The notes beneath the pieces are model-generated. The model was given only the letters and a program-made list of their open reading frames with translations, had not been told where the DNA came from and did no database searches. 64,000 nucleotides of DNA from Opitutus sp. GAS368 (lineage in GTDB: Bacteria > Verrucomicrobiota > Verrucomicrobiia > Opitutales > Opitutaceae), in assembly GCA_945861645.1 (NCBI GenBank), contig CAMAVZ010000001.1, positions 1-64,000 of the forward strand, read 5' to 3'. Position 1 is the stretch's first letter, and every line of letters begins with the position of its first letter. The translations under genes and the position numbers were made by a program. Below, piece by piece: positions 1 to 10,428 of the stretch.

Positions 1-8
1 AGATGCGC

Positions 9-1949
9 ATGAGCAGAATTTTAGGTATCGATCTAGGCACAACAAACTCCTGCATGTCCATCATGGAGAGTGGTGAACCCGTAGTTATCCCGAATGCTGA
101 GGGCGCCCGGACCACACCCTCGGTTGTGGCATTTACCAAGACCGGCGAACGCGTCGTAGGCCAAGCTGCTAAACGTCAGGCTGTGACGAATCCGAAGAAC
201 ACCGTGTTCTCTGCCAAGCGTCTTATTGGCCGTAAATTTACTGAGATCAGTGAAGAGGCGAAAAATTTACCCTACAAGGTAGTCGCAGGAAAAAATGGCG
301 ATGCTTACATCGAGGTGCAAGCCGGTGACAAAACCGAGCAGTTCGCTCCGCAGCAAATTGCCGCATTTGTGTTGGGCAAGCTGAAGGCCGACGCCGAATC
401 GTACTTGGGCGAAAAAATCATCCAGGCTGTCATTACGGTCCCCGCTTATTTTAACGATGCGCAGCGTCAGGCCACTAAAGACGCGGGCAAAATTGCCGGC
501 CTCGAAGTTTTGCGCATTATCAATGAACCGACGGCCGCCTCGCTCGCCTACGGTTTAGATAAAAAGAAGGACGAAAAAATTGCGGTCTTCGATTTGGGTG
601 GCGGCACCTTTGACGTTTCGGTTCTTGAGATCGGCGACGGCGTTTTTGAGGTCAAGGCCACCAATGGCGATACTCACCTCGGCGGTGATAATTGGGACGA
701 CACCATTATCAGCTGGCTCGTAGATGCCTTTAAGCAAGAAAACGGCATCGATCTCCGCAAGGACCCGATGGCGTTGCAGCGCTTGAAGGAAGAAGCGGAG
801 AAGGCAAAAATCGCGCTCTCTTCGGCGACCACCTACGACATCAATTTGCCCTTTATCACGGCAGATGCCTCCGGTCCGAAGCACCTCAACATCCAGCTGA
901 CGCGGGCGAAGATGGAGCAAATTTGCGAAGCGCTTTTCGCGCGTTGCGTGCAGCCCTTTAAAAATTGTTTGAAGGACTCCGGCGTCAGTTCGGATAAAAT
1001 CGATGAGCTCGTGCTCGTCGGTGGCATGACGCGCATGCCGAAGGTCTTGGATATTGCGAAAACGCTCGGGGGTAAGCCTCCGCATCAAGGCGTCAATCCC
1101 GACGAAGTGGTCGCAATCGGTGCCGCCATTCAAGGGGGTGTCCTTAAGGGAGATGTGCGCGATGTGCTCCTGCTTGATGTTTCGCCGCTGACGCTGGGCA
1201 TCATGACCGCTGGCGACATCGCCACCGCGATGATTCCGCGCAACACGACGATTCCGACCAAAAAGACGCAGACCTTCTCGACCTATAGCGATAATCAACC
1301 GGGTGTTGAGATCGTCGTCTTGCAAGGTGAACGCCCAATGGCGCGGGATAATAAAAATCTGGGTACCTTCAAGCTCGACGGTATTCCGCCGGCGCCGCGC
1401 GGGGCTCCCCAAATCGAGGTCACATTTGACATTGATGCCAACGGCATCCTCCACGTTTCCGCGAAGGATCTGGGGACGGGTAAAGAGCAGAAGATCACGA
1501 TCCAAGGTTCCTCGGGTCTCTCGAAGGAAGAGGTGGAGAAAATGACCAAGGAAGCTGAGCTCAACGCGGCGGAAGACGCCAAGCGTAAGGAAGCGGTGGA
1601 ATCCCGTAACCAACTCGACACAACGATCTATCAACTCGAAAAAACTCTCAAGGATGCTGGCGATAAAATCCCCGCGGACGTGAAGGGTAAATTTGAGGCG
1701 GCCCTGACTGAGGCTAAAAAAGAGCTGGAGAGCAATGACCCGGCGCGGATGAAGGCTGCTTTGGAGTCCTTGTCCAAGATCGGGGCTGAGCTTTATCAAG
1801 CAGCCCAGGCCGCCGGTGCCGCCGGCGCGGCTGAGCCCGCGGCCGCAGCCGATGGCGCGGGTGGCGAAGCTGAGCCCAAGCCAGCTAAAAAATCCGAAGG
1901 CAAAGTAGTCGATGCCGATGTCGAGATTGTCGACGACGAGAAGAAATAA
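9..1949 (+). CDS. dnaK: Hsp70 chaperone DnaK
   Basis: [32 protein letters not shown] motifs; second ATG (9) gives the usual [10 protein letters not shown] start. Confidence 0.98.
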   Translation: MSRILGIDLGTTNSCMSIMESGEPVVIPNAEGARTTPSVVAFTKTGERVVGQAAKRQAVTNPKNTVFSAKRLIGRKFTEISEEAKNLPYKVVAGKNGDAYIEVQAGDKTEQFAPQQIAAFVLGKLKADAESYLGEKIIQAVITVPAYFNDAQRQATKDAGKIAGLEVLRIINEPTAASLAYGLDKKKDEKIAVFDLGGGTFDVSVLEIGDGVFEVKATNGDTHLGGDNWDDTIISWLVDAFKQENGIDLRKDPMALQRLKEEAEKAKIALSSATTYDINLPFITADASGPKHLNIQLTRAKMEQICEALFARCVQPFKNCLKDSGVSSDKIDELVLVGGMTRMPKVLDIAKTLGGKPPHQGVNPDEVVAIGAAIQGGVLKGDVRDVLLLDVSPLTLGIMTAGDIATAMIPRNTTIPTKKTQTFSTYSDNQPGVEIVVLQGERPMARDNKNLGTFKLDGIPPAPRGAPQIEVTFDIDANGILHVSAKDLGTGKEQKITIQGSSGLSKEEVEKMTKEAELNAAEDAKRKEAVESRNQLDTTIYQLEKTLKDAGDKIPADVKGKFEAALTEAKKELESNDPARMKAALESLSKIGAELYQAAQAAGAAGAAEPAAAADGAGGEAEPKPAKKSEGKVVDADVEIVDDEKK

Positions 1950-2033
1950 TTTTTAACGCTCTCGGCGGCTTTCCGGCCGAAGGGGCGCGTCATTAATCCT
2001 AGTAAGATAATTCAACCCCGAAACAAAACCAAT

Positions 2034-2330
2034 ATGGCTAAAGTAAATATCAAACCCATCGGTGATCGCGTGCTTGTGCAGCACATCGAGGAAAAAGAAC
2101 AAGTCCGCGGCGGGATCATCATCCCGGACAGCGCCAAAGAAAAACCGCAGGAGGCTAAGGTCATTGCCCTTGGCACCGGCAAGAAAGATGAAAACGGCAA
2201 GGTCACGCCCTTCGAAGTGAAGGTCGGCGACAAGGTCCTCATCTCCAAATACGGTGGCACCGAAGTTAAAATCGATGACCAGAAATTCACGCTGGTCCGC
2301 GAAGATGACATCCTCGGAGTTATCGGCTGA
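2034..2330 (+). CDS. groES: Co-chaperonin GroES
   Basis: [31 protein letters not shown]; directly upstream of groEL. Confidence 0.98.
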   Translation: MAKVNIKPIGDRVLVQHIEEKEQVRGGIIIPDSAKEKPQEAKVIALGTGKKDENGKVTPFEVKVGDKVLISKYGGTEVKIDDQKFTLVREDDILGVIG

Positions 2331-2359
2331 GGCTTTCGCTGATTATTAAAAAAAATTAA

Positions 2360-4027
<1,668 letters not shown>

Positions 4028-4057
4028 GTCCCGGCTCTCGTCTCGCTCAAAATTCTC

Positions 4058-4089
4058 AAGGCGCGCTCTCCGGAGCGCGCCTTTTTTTT
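4058..4089 (+). terminator. Intrinsic terminator after groEL
   Basis: AAGGCGCGCTC-TCCG-GAGCGCGCCTT hairpin followed by T-tract. Confidence 0.9.
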
Positions 4090-4183
4090 GCACCGACCGG
4101 AGTGAACCGGCGCTGAGCCGGAGTATTTTGAGCTACCTTGCCCCGAGGATCATCCCTCGACCGGTACTCTGGGGAGAAATCAT

Positions 4184-4215
4184 AAAAAAGCCCCAGCGAG
4201 TAGAATCGCTGAGGC
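4184..4215 (-). terminator. Probable intrinsic terminator of the 4268..5083 gene
   Basis: A-tract then GCCCCAGCGA...TCGCTGAGGC stem (U-tract on minus strand). Confidence 0.6.
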
Positions 4216-4267
4216 CGATAAGCTCAGGGGCTAGGCTTGGCGCCCCTGCAGCGATGACTGCGGCTTA

Positions 4268-5083
4268 TTACTTCCGTGGGGAAGCTGCTTCGATCTCTTG
4301 GATACGCTTTTCTAGGCCGTTCATCTCGCCGACTAGGCGCTCTTCCATTTTCTTACGATCAGAGCTGGTCACGATGCTCATGCTGGCCGCATCGCGGACA
4401 ACATTGGCTGGGAGCGAGAGGAGGCGGGTGATGAGACCCTGATCCCTAAAGCTACTCAGGTAGAGCGCAGTAATTTCGTGGGAAAGTTTCATCGCATCAC
4501 GGACGACTGCCTGCGAAGTGAGCAGTTGCGTATTGAGCGCTTGATTGCGGGACATCTCGGCCGTGAGCACGCCGCCGACTTGAGCGGAGATGCGCTGGCT
4601 ATAGGCGTTGATCGCCTCACGGGTGAGATTTTGGTCTTTCGACATCTCCGCGAGGATGGGGGAAATTTTCTCGGCCATGCGGCTAGAAACTTTATCCACC
4701 TGCTCGTTTTGCAGCTTCTCAGCTTCCTCTGGGGTCTTAGGCAATGGGCTGTTCGGCTGAATTTTTTGGGCGATAGCTTCGGCGAGTTGGTTAACCTTCT
4801 CGGCGTTGATTTTGGCAAATTCCTCATCCGTCATCAGGGCATCGGCTTGGCGCTTGGCGATCGCGTCCTTCAAGAGCTGGTTAACCGATTCAATGTGCCG
4901 GCGGGTCTCTTCGGCGGAGGCCTTGAGCTCAGCATTCGTCTCCGTGCGCAGTCGGTTGATTTCAGTCTGCTGTTTAGCGGCAAGTTCACTAACAGTTTTC
5001 TGATAGAGCCAGAAAGCTGAGCCGATGACTAACGCGGCGGTCAAAATGATCGCCGGAATTTGTTCTTTGAGTTTTTGCCACAT
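4268..5083 (-). CDS. Hypothetical membrane-anchored helical/coiled-coil protein
   Basis: 271 aa ORF, one N-terminal hydrophobic helix, then E/K/Q/A-rich helical sequence. Confidence 0.75.
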   Translation of the reverse strand: MWQKLKEQIPAIILTAALVIGSAFWLYQKTVSELAAKQQTEINRLRTETNAELKASAEETRRHIESVNQLLKDAIAKRQADALMTDEEFAKINAEKVNQLAEAIAQKIQPNSPLPKTPEEAEKLQNEQVDKVSSRMAEKISPILAEMSKDQNLTREAINAYSQRISAQVGGVLTAEMSRNQALNTQLLTSQAVVRDAMKLSHEITALYLSSFRDQGLITRLLSLPANVVRDAASMSIVTSSDRKKMEERLVGEMNGLEKRIQEIEAASPRK

Positions 5084-5170
5084 AGGAGGTTAGGGTTGAA
5101 TGAGTGTGGACATCACTAGCAGAGGAATGTTCAAAAGCAATGCCGCCCTTGGGGCTTACCTCCCCTCACC

Positions 5171-5479
5171 ATGAGCCTAAATCGTTATGAACAGGCCGTT
5201 TTCGATTATCTCGAAGCTCAGCTTGATGAGCGCCGTCACTGGCAAATGAAGATCACGGAAAGTGCCCGACGGGCGGAGTCATCGGGGGTCTTGACCCGTG
5301 AATTAGAGCGCGAGCTGTGGGATTATTTTGTTGAGCGCAGCCCGCATGTGCCGCGTTGGCGTGATCTCAACTTGGTTGGTTTACGGCGGGTAAGCTTTTT
5401 GAATTTAGCTGAGCATCTATTTCGCCAGTGGGGGCCACCGCCCAAGCTTAAAAAATCACCTGAGGGGTCGCATGGCTAG
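5171..5479 (+). CDS. Hypothetical small protein
   Basis: 102 aa ATG ORF filling the gap between divergent neighbour and phoH-family gene. Confidence 0.65.
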   Translation: MSLNRYEQAVFDYLEAQLDERRHWQMKITESARRAESSGVLTRELERELWDYFVERSPHVPRWRDLNLVGLRRVSFLNLAEHLFRQWGPPPKLKKSPEGSHG

Positions 5480-5572
5480 AGTTCCGTCACCTCAAATTTT
5501 CATGGAATTATAATTCCGGTATTTACAACGCGAAACAGCGGATGCATTGATTGGTAACCAGTCATCTACGCG

Positions 5573-7108
5573 ATGGAAAACCCTACAATTGCGGTATCCC
5601 ACTCACCGCAGCATCCGGTTAAGGTAAGAACAAAAACCTACGTTCTGGACACGAACGTATTGCTGCACGATCCCCAATCGATCTACAAATTCGAGGACAA
5701 TAACCTGGCGATTCCCGTCGAGGTTCTTGAGGAGCTCGATGCGATCAAGAGCGAGCAGTCCACGGAGCGGGGGCGCAACGCCCGGCGCGTGCACCGCATG
5801 CTGCAGGAGCTCCTGCCGGATTCGCGTTCGATGCACGAGGGGGTAAAGTTACCGAATGGCGGCACTCTTTCCGTCATTATCAATCGCTATCTGGTAGAAA
5901 ATAATTGGTCTTCACCGGCGATGCAGCGTTTGCGGGCGGTCCTCTCAGATTTCACCAAAAAAGATAATCGGATCATCGCTAGCGCGCTGTTTGTGCAAGA
6001 GACGCACCAACCCCCGACTATTTTGGTCACCAAAGATGTCAACGTGCAGCTCAAGGCGCGCGCCGTCGGACTCGAGGCCGAGGATTATTTAAATGATAAG
6101 GTGCCCGCCGCCGATACGGATGAGGGGGATTATCAAACGCTGCCCTTGGACATGTACGAGATGCAGCGCTTTTGTTCGGAAGGGGAGTTAGAGCTGTCCG
6201 CCGAAATGGGGGCGAAACTTTATCTTAACGAATACGTGCTGCTCATGACGCCGGAGGGCAAGACGATGCCCGGTCGCTATTATGGCAATAACCTAGTGCG
6301 GCGCTTGCATCTGCCCGATTTCGTGAAAGCCCCGGGCGGAATCCCCATTCGCCCGCGCAATCTGGAGCAGCAATTTTTTGTCGATGCGCTCATGGATGAA
6401 ACCATTTCCTTGGTGACATGCTTCGGGAAGGCCGGCACCGGCAAAACTTTGCTTTCCACCGCTTGCGCACTTTTTCAGACCACCGATGAGAAATCGCGCT
6501 ATGATGGGCTGTCCATTTCACGGCCCGTCATCTCGCTCGGCAAGGATATCGGATTTTTGCCCGGCACCTTGGAGGAAAAAATGAAACCCTGGCTGCAGCC
6601 CTATCACGATGCTTTGGAAGTATTGATCCCCGCGAAGCCAGCGAAAGAACCGCAGTTCGCGCAAAAAAAAGCCGGTAAGAAACAGAAAAATAATAAGATG
6701 ATGGCGATGATGTCGCAGCCGCAACCGACGCACGGCGGTAGTTCCGGTGGTCATCATGGTCCGCCGGCCATCAAGCCTTACGAGCGGCTCATTAGCAGCG
6801 GGGTGGTAGAGATTGAGGCCCTCTGCTTTATCCGGGGACGTTCCATTGCGCGGCGCTTCTTTATTTTGGATGAGGCGCAGCAATTGACGCCCCATGAGGT
6901 CAAGACCGTGATCACGCGTATTTCGGAAAGTTCGAAGCTCGTGCTGATTGGAGATCCCGCGCAAATCGATAATCCGTACGTCGATTCACGCAGCAATGGG
7001 CTCGTCTACTGCCATAACCGCATGAAGGGTCTGGCGCTGGCGGCTCATGTGAAGTTGACCAAAGGCGAGCGCTCAAAATTGGCTGAGCTGGCGGCCGATT
7101 TACTCTGA
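5573..7108 (+). CDS. PhoH-family protein with N-terminal PIN domain (PhoH2/YlaK type)
   Basis: YVLDTNVLLHDP PIN start, GKAGTGKT Walker A, GFLPG, IRGRS, DEAQQ, GDPAQID. Confidence 0.92.
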   Translation: MENPTIAVSHSPQHPVKVRTKTYVLDTNVLLHDPQSIYKFEDNNLAIPVEVLEELDAIKSEQSTERGRNARRVHRMLQELLPDSRSMHEGVKLPNGGTLSVIINRYLVENNWSSPAMQRLRAVLSDFTKKDNRIIASALFVQETHQPPTILVTKDVNVQLKARAVGLEAEDYLNDKVPAADTDEGDYQTLPLDMYEMQRFCSEGELELSAEMGAKLYLNEYVLLMTPEGKTMPGRYYGNNLVRRLHLPDFVKAPGGIPIRPRNLEQQFFVDALMDETISLVTCFGKAGTGKTLLSTACALFQTTDEKSRYDGLSISRPVISLGKDIGFLPGTLEEKMKPWLQPYHDALEVLIPAKPAKEPQFAQKKAGKKQKNNKMMAMMSQPQPTHGGSSGGHHGPPAIKPYERLISSGVVEIEALCFIRGRSIARRFFILDEAQQLTPHEVKTVITRISESSKLVLIGDPAQIDNPYVDSRSNGLVYCHNRMKGLALAAHVKLTKGERSKLAELAADLL

Positions 7109-7166
7109 TTGGTTAACGACGGGGTGCTCGCTCTTGAGTCGAGGGCACCAGCAAGCCGCTGGCCTT

Positions 7167-7853
7167 TTACTCTAGCTCATCACCGTCTTCGGGATCCACG
7201 ACTGTTTCGCGGCTAGTTTCGCTCATCATGCGGGGCGCCGTGAAAGGATTGGTGTGTTTAGGCGTGGTCAAAGATTGCGCAATAAAAGCCAGCAGTTCTG
7301 AGCGCCCGGTTTTGGTGGTCGTGGACGTGGCGAAGATCGGCGGCTGCGCGTCGGTCGACTTAGCCATGGCTTGCTTAAACTTAGCCATGGCATTGCGCGT
7401 GTGCTGAGCGGCTTGTTTATCAACTTTGGTAAAAACCAGCGCGAAGGGGATTTCATTGGTGCCAAGCCAATGCACAAATTTGAGATCCATTTCCTGCGGA
7501 GGGAGGCGCGAGTCGATGAGGGCAAACACCCGTTGCAGCGTGGGGCGCTGGCTGAGATAATCGCGCACGGCGGTGTTGAATTCAATGCGATCAGTTTTGG
7601 AAACCTTGGCGTAGCCGTAGCCGGGAAGGTCGACGAGACTCCACGTGTTGTTGATCGTGAAAAAATTGATCAGCTTGGTTTTGCCCGGCAAATCGGAAAC
7701 CAGGGCGAGATCTTCTTTCTCGGCGAGTAAATTGAGCAGCGAGGACTTTCCAACGTTGGAGCGCCCAATAAAGGCAAATTCAGGCAGCACGGCGCGGGGG
7801 CAAGCGGCGAGGCTAGGGGAGCTGGTGGCAAAAAGGGCAGATTTAATTTTCAT
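7167..7853 (-). CDS. engB: Ribosome biogenesis GTPase EngB/YihA/YsxC
   Basis: GRSNVGKSS, DLPGYGYA, TKVDK; start placed at MKIKSALF. Confidence 0.93.
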   Translation of the reverse strand: MKIKSALFATSSPSLAACPRAVLPEFAFIGRSNVGKSSLLNLLAEKEDLALVSDLPGKTKLINFFTINNTWSLVDLPGYGYAKVSKTDRIEFNTAVRDYLSQRPTLQRVFALIDSRLPPQEMDLKFVHWLGTNEIPFALVFTKVDKQAAQHTRNAMAKFKQAMAKSTDAQPPIFATSTTTKTGRSELLAFIAQSLTTPKHTNPFTAPRMMSETSRETVVDPEDGDELE

Positions 7854-7940
7854 ACAGGCAAGGGGCGAGGGGGCAGCTTGACCAAAGGTTGGTCCAGACC
7901 GCAAGTGGCATGGTCAGCTGATTAGTAACTTGGCCGGCCG

Positions 7941-9023
7941 TTAAGCACAAATAGCCCAACGCAATTTTGCCGAGGTGCTCCGTGGATTTGTGCGGCGTTC
8001 TGCGGGGCCGGCTCGGATGACCTCTTCGTTGGTGGAGGTGAAAATGCCCGCGCGGACGCCGTCGCGGAAAGCCTGTTTTACCCGCCGATCTTCCCCGGAA
8101 TGAAAGGTGAGGATCGCCACGCGACCGTTGGGGTTAAGGCAAGCGGGCAGGTGGCGCAAAAATAGGTCAAGCACGCCGAATTCGTCATTTATGGCAATGC
8201 GCAGAGCTTGAAAGACGCGGCGCACACTATCGTCGTCGGTTGCTTGGTCATGGCGCGGTTTAGCCTGCAATAAAATCTCTCGAATAGCGTCAGCCAGCTG
8301 CCGCGTACGGGTGAACGGGGTAAGGTGGCGGCGGACGATAAGCTCACGGGCTAATAACTCAGCGTGGGGTTCATCCGCATGTTCCGTGAAGGCGGCCGCC
8401 AGTTTCGTCTCAGTTACTCGGGCGAGCCAGTCCGCGGCGGAAGGGGGGCGCGATGGGTTCAGGCGGAGGTCGAGCGGGCTGTCGATTTTGAACGTGAACC
8501 CACGGGTCGGATCGTCGAGTTGCATGGAGGACACCCCGAGATCAGCGAGGATCGCATCGACTCCGCCTAGTCCGAGGTTTGCTAGCACTTTGGGTAGACC
8601 GGCAAAATTTGAGCGGACGGCCGTAAAAATATCTTCGCCGAAGCCAGCGGCCCGGAGGCGGGCCGTCGTTTTGGCATGTTCTACTGGGTCAACATCAAGG
8701 CCGATGAGTCGCCCGTGGGGGGTAAGGCCGGCCATTAATTCGCGGGCGTGACCACCGAAGCCAAGGGTGCAATCCACGGCGATCTCACCCGGCTGAAGGG
8801 CCAGTGCCTCAAGAATTTCGGCGACCATAATTGGTCGGTGACTACCGGCGGGGGTTTTGCCGGCTGCCAGTACTTTCGCCACGTCGGCGCGATAACGCTC
8901 AGGATTGAGCTCTTTGTATTTATCTTCGAAGCGTCGAGGATTTTTCCCGGCATAGCGTGGGCGCCGCTGATGCGGCCTCGCCGACTGGGCAGGCGGGACC
9001 GAGGGATGCGGCGGCTCGGACAT
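7941..9023 (-). CDS. rsmH: 16S rRNA m4C1402 methyltransferase RsmH/MraW family, long basic N-terminus
   Basis: DCTLGFGGH, DLGVSSMQLD, FQALRIAIN, FHSGEDR, NPRS..AKLR. Confidence 0.88.
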   Translation of the reverse strand: MSEPPHPSVPPAQSARPHQRRPRYAGKNPRRFEDKYKELNPERYRADVAKVLAAGKTPAGSHRPIMVAEILEALALQPGEIAVDCTLGFGGHARELMAGLTPHGRLIGLDVDPVEHAKTTARLRAAGFGEDIFTAVRSNFAGLPKVLANLGLGGVDAILADLGVSSMQLDDPTRGFTFKIDSPLDLRLNPSRPPSAADWLARVTETKLAAAFTEHADEPHAELLARELIVRRHLTPFTRTRQLADAIREILLQAKPRHDQATDDDSVRRVFQALRIAINDEFGVLDLFLRHLPACLNPNGRVAILTFHSGEDRRVKQAFRDGVRAGIFTSTNEEVIRAGPAERRTNPRSTSAKLRWAICA

Positions 9024-9074
9024 ACAATTTAAAATTAGCAGCGATCCGGCTAGTGGCAAACATCGCGCGAGCCC

Positions 9075-10214
9075 TTAGGCCTCGGTGTGGAGCTGTTGCA
9101 GTAAGGCTTGGATGTAACCAAAGCAGAAGGCGAAGGCCTTGTGGCCTTGGGGATCGCCTGCGATTTGGGGAACGTGATCGGGCATGATCATTCCGGCATA
9201 GCCCACCTCACGGTAAGTGCGCAGGGCGCGAGGCATGTCCATATCACCCTCATCGGGGAAAGTTTCCTGAAAATTGAGATAGCCGCCGCGGATATTACGA
9301 AAGTGAACGTTAAATATTTTCCCCCGTTGGCCAAAGTAGCGAATCACGTCGTCGATTTGCTCGCGCGGGTGGGTGAGCATTTCCGCCACGGAACCTTGGC
9401 AGAAATTGAGCCCATGATAGGCGCTGGGGACGGTTGCGACAAAACGCTGCAGGCCCGCCACGGAGCCGAGCACGGTATGCACGCTGCGCCAGCCAGTGGC
9501 TGGCATCGCCGGATCCTGGGGGTGCAGCGCGATTTTCACCCGAGCTTCTTCGGCGACGGGCACGACGCGTTTAAGGAAGTATTCGATGCGATCCCAGTAA
9601 ACCGCCTCGCTGATGGGACCGGCCGCAGTGATGGGCGGATCTTGTTTGGCCGCGGCGTAGTCAAAGGAGCTGCGGCTGGCGCCGCCGCGGCCAATGGTCC
9701 GATCGGTTCGAACTACCCCGATAAAGGTTAGATTATATTTTACCATTGGGATGCCCACCGCCCCAGCATGGCGGATCATGGTACAAATATCATCAATCGC
9801 ACGCTCCCGCTCGGGATCCTTTGCCAGTAAGATTTCTGGCAGTTCAGCTTTAGAGATTTCCCGCGAGCTGAGCGGCAGGGGCACGGTGTCCAGTTTGATC
9901 CCGAATGATTCAACATGGCGGCGCAGACGGGTCAGGGCGTCGATGGACCAAGCATCCATTTTGGCTCCGAGCTGGCCGCTACAAATATGCTTAACGCCAA
10001 ACGCGGCTAACGCCTGCAAGGTATCGGCTGAGTGGTCGTGCTGGTGCCCCGCGTGAAATAAAATAGGCGGCTTTGGGCGGGCGGGAGTCATTGCCACCGT
10101 CTCGGCGGCCAGACCAGTAGCTCCCGTGAGGCCCAGGGCAGCCGCGCGAAGGATAAAATCCCGCCGGCTATTATTCTCAGCTGGGTCTGGGGTACGAGCC
10201 GGAGCCTTTTTCAT
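9075..10214 (-). CDS. Mannonate dehydratase (UxuA)-like TIM-barrel protein with Tat-like signal
   Basis: SRRDFIL + hydrophobic stretch; VAEEARVKIALHPQDP, LNFCQGS, NVHFRNI, MPDHVP. Confidence 0.8.
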   Translation of the reverse strand: MKKAPARTPDPAENNSRRDFILRAAALGLTGATGLAAETVAMTPARPKPPILFHAGHQHDHSADTLQALAAFGVKHICSGQLGAKMDAWSIDALTRLRRHVESFGIKLDTVPLPLSSREISKAELPEILLAKDPERERAIDDICTMIRHAGAVGIPMVKYNLTFIGVVRTDRTIGRGGASRSSFDYAAAKQDPPITAAGPISEAVYWDRIEYFLKRVVPVAEEARVKIALHPQDPAMPATGWRSVHTVLGSVAGLQRFVATVPSAYHGLNFCQGSVAEMLTHPREQIDDVIRYFGQRGKIFNVHFRNIRGGYLNFQETFPDEGDMDMPRALRTYREVGYAGMIMPDHVPQIAGDPQGHKAFAFCFGYIQALLQQLHTEA

Positions 10215-10347
10215 CGCAAAATTTTCGCTCGGGGCGAGAGAGGCCACAGGGTCTGAAAGAGGAAAATCATCACCGCAAACGCAAGGGGCGGGGACTCAAG
10301 AAGGGAGCGAGCCCGATGGCAGGGGTAAGAGGGTGCACGCTACTGAT

Positions 10348-10383
10348 AAAATCACTCCCGTAAGCTTTTTGCAGGAGTGATTT
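10348..10383 (-). terminator. Probable terminator after nrdA
   Basis: AAATCACTCC...GGAGTGATTT inverted repeat downstream of nrdA stop. Confidence 0.55.
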
Positions 10384-10428
10384 GGGTAAAGAGCGAGCTA
10401 GCTTTAAGGCTGGTCGCGGCTAGGCGGA

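Noticed and set aside
555-1799. 414-aa ORF antisense to dnaK, and similar long shadow ORFs over nrdA, SLC13 and cysK
   Set aside because: Fully overlap conserved genes on the opposite strand; expected from codon bias; no motifs.
7360-7391. Direct repeat TTAGCCATGGC x2
   Set aside because: Encodes a repeated AMAK peptide within engB; no sign of separate function.
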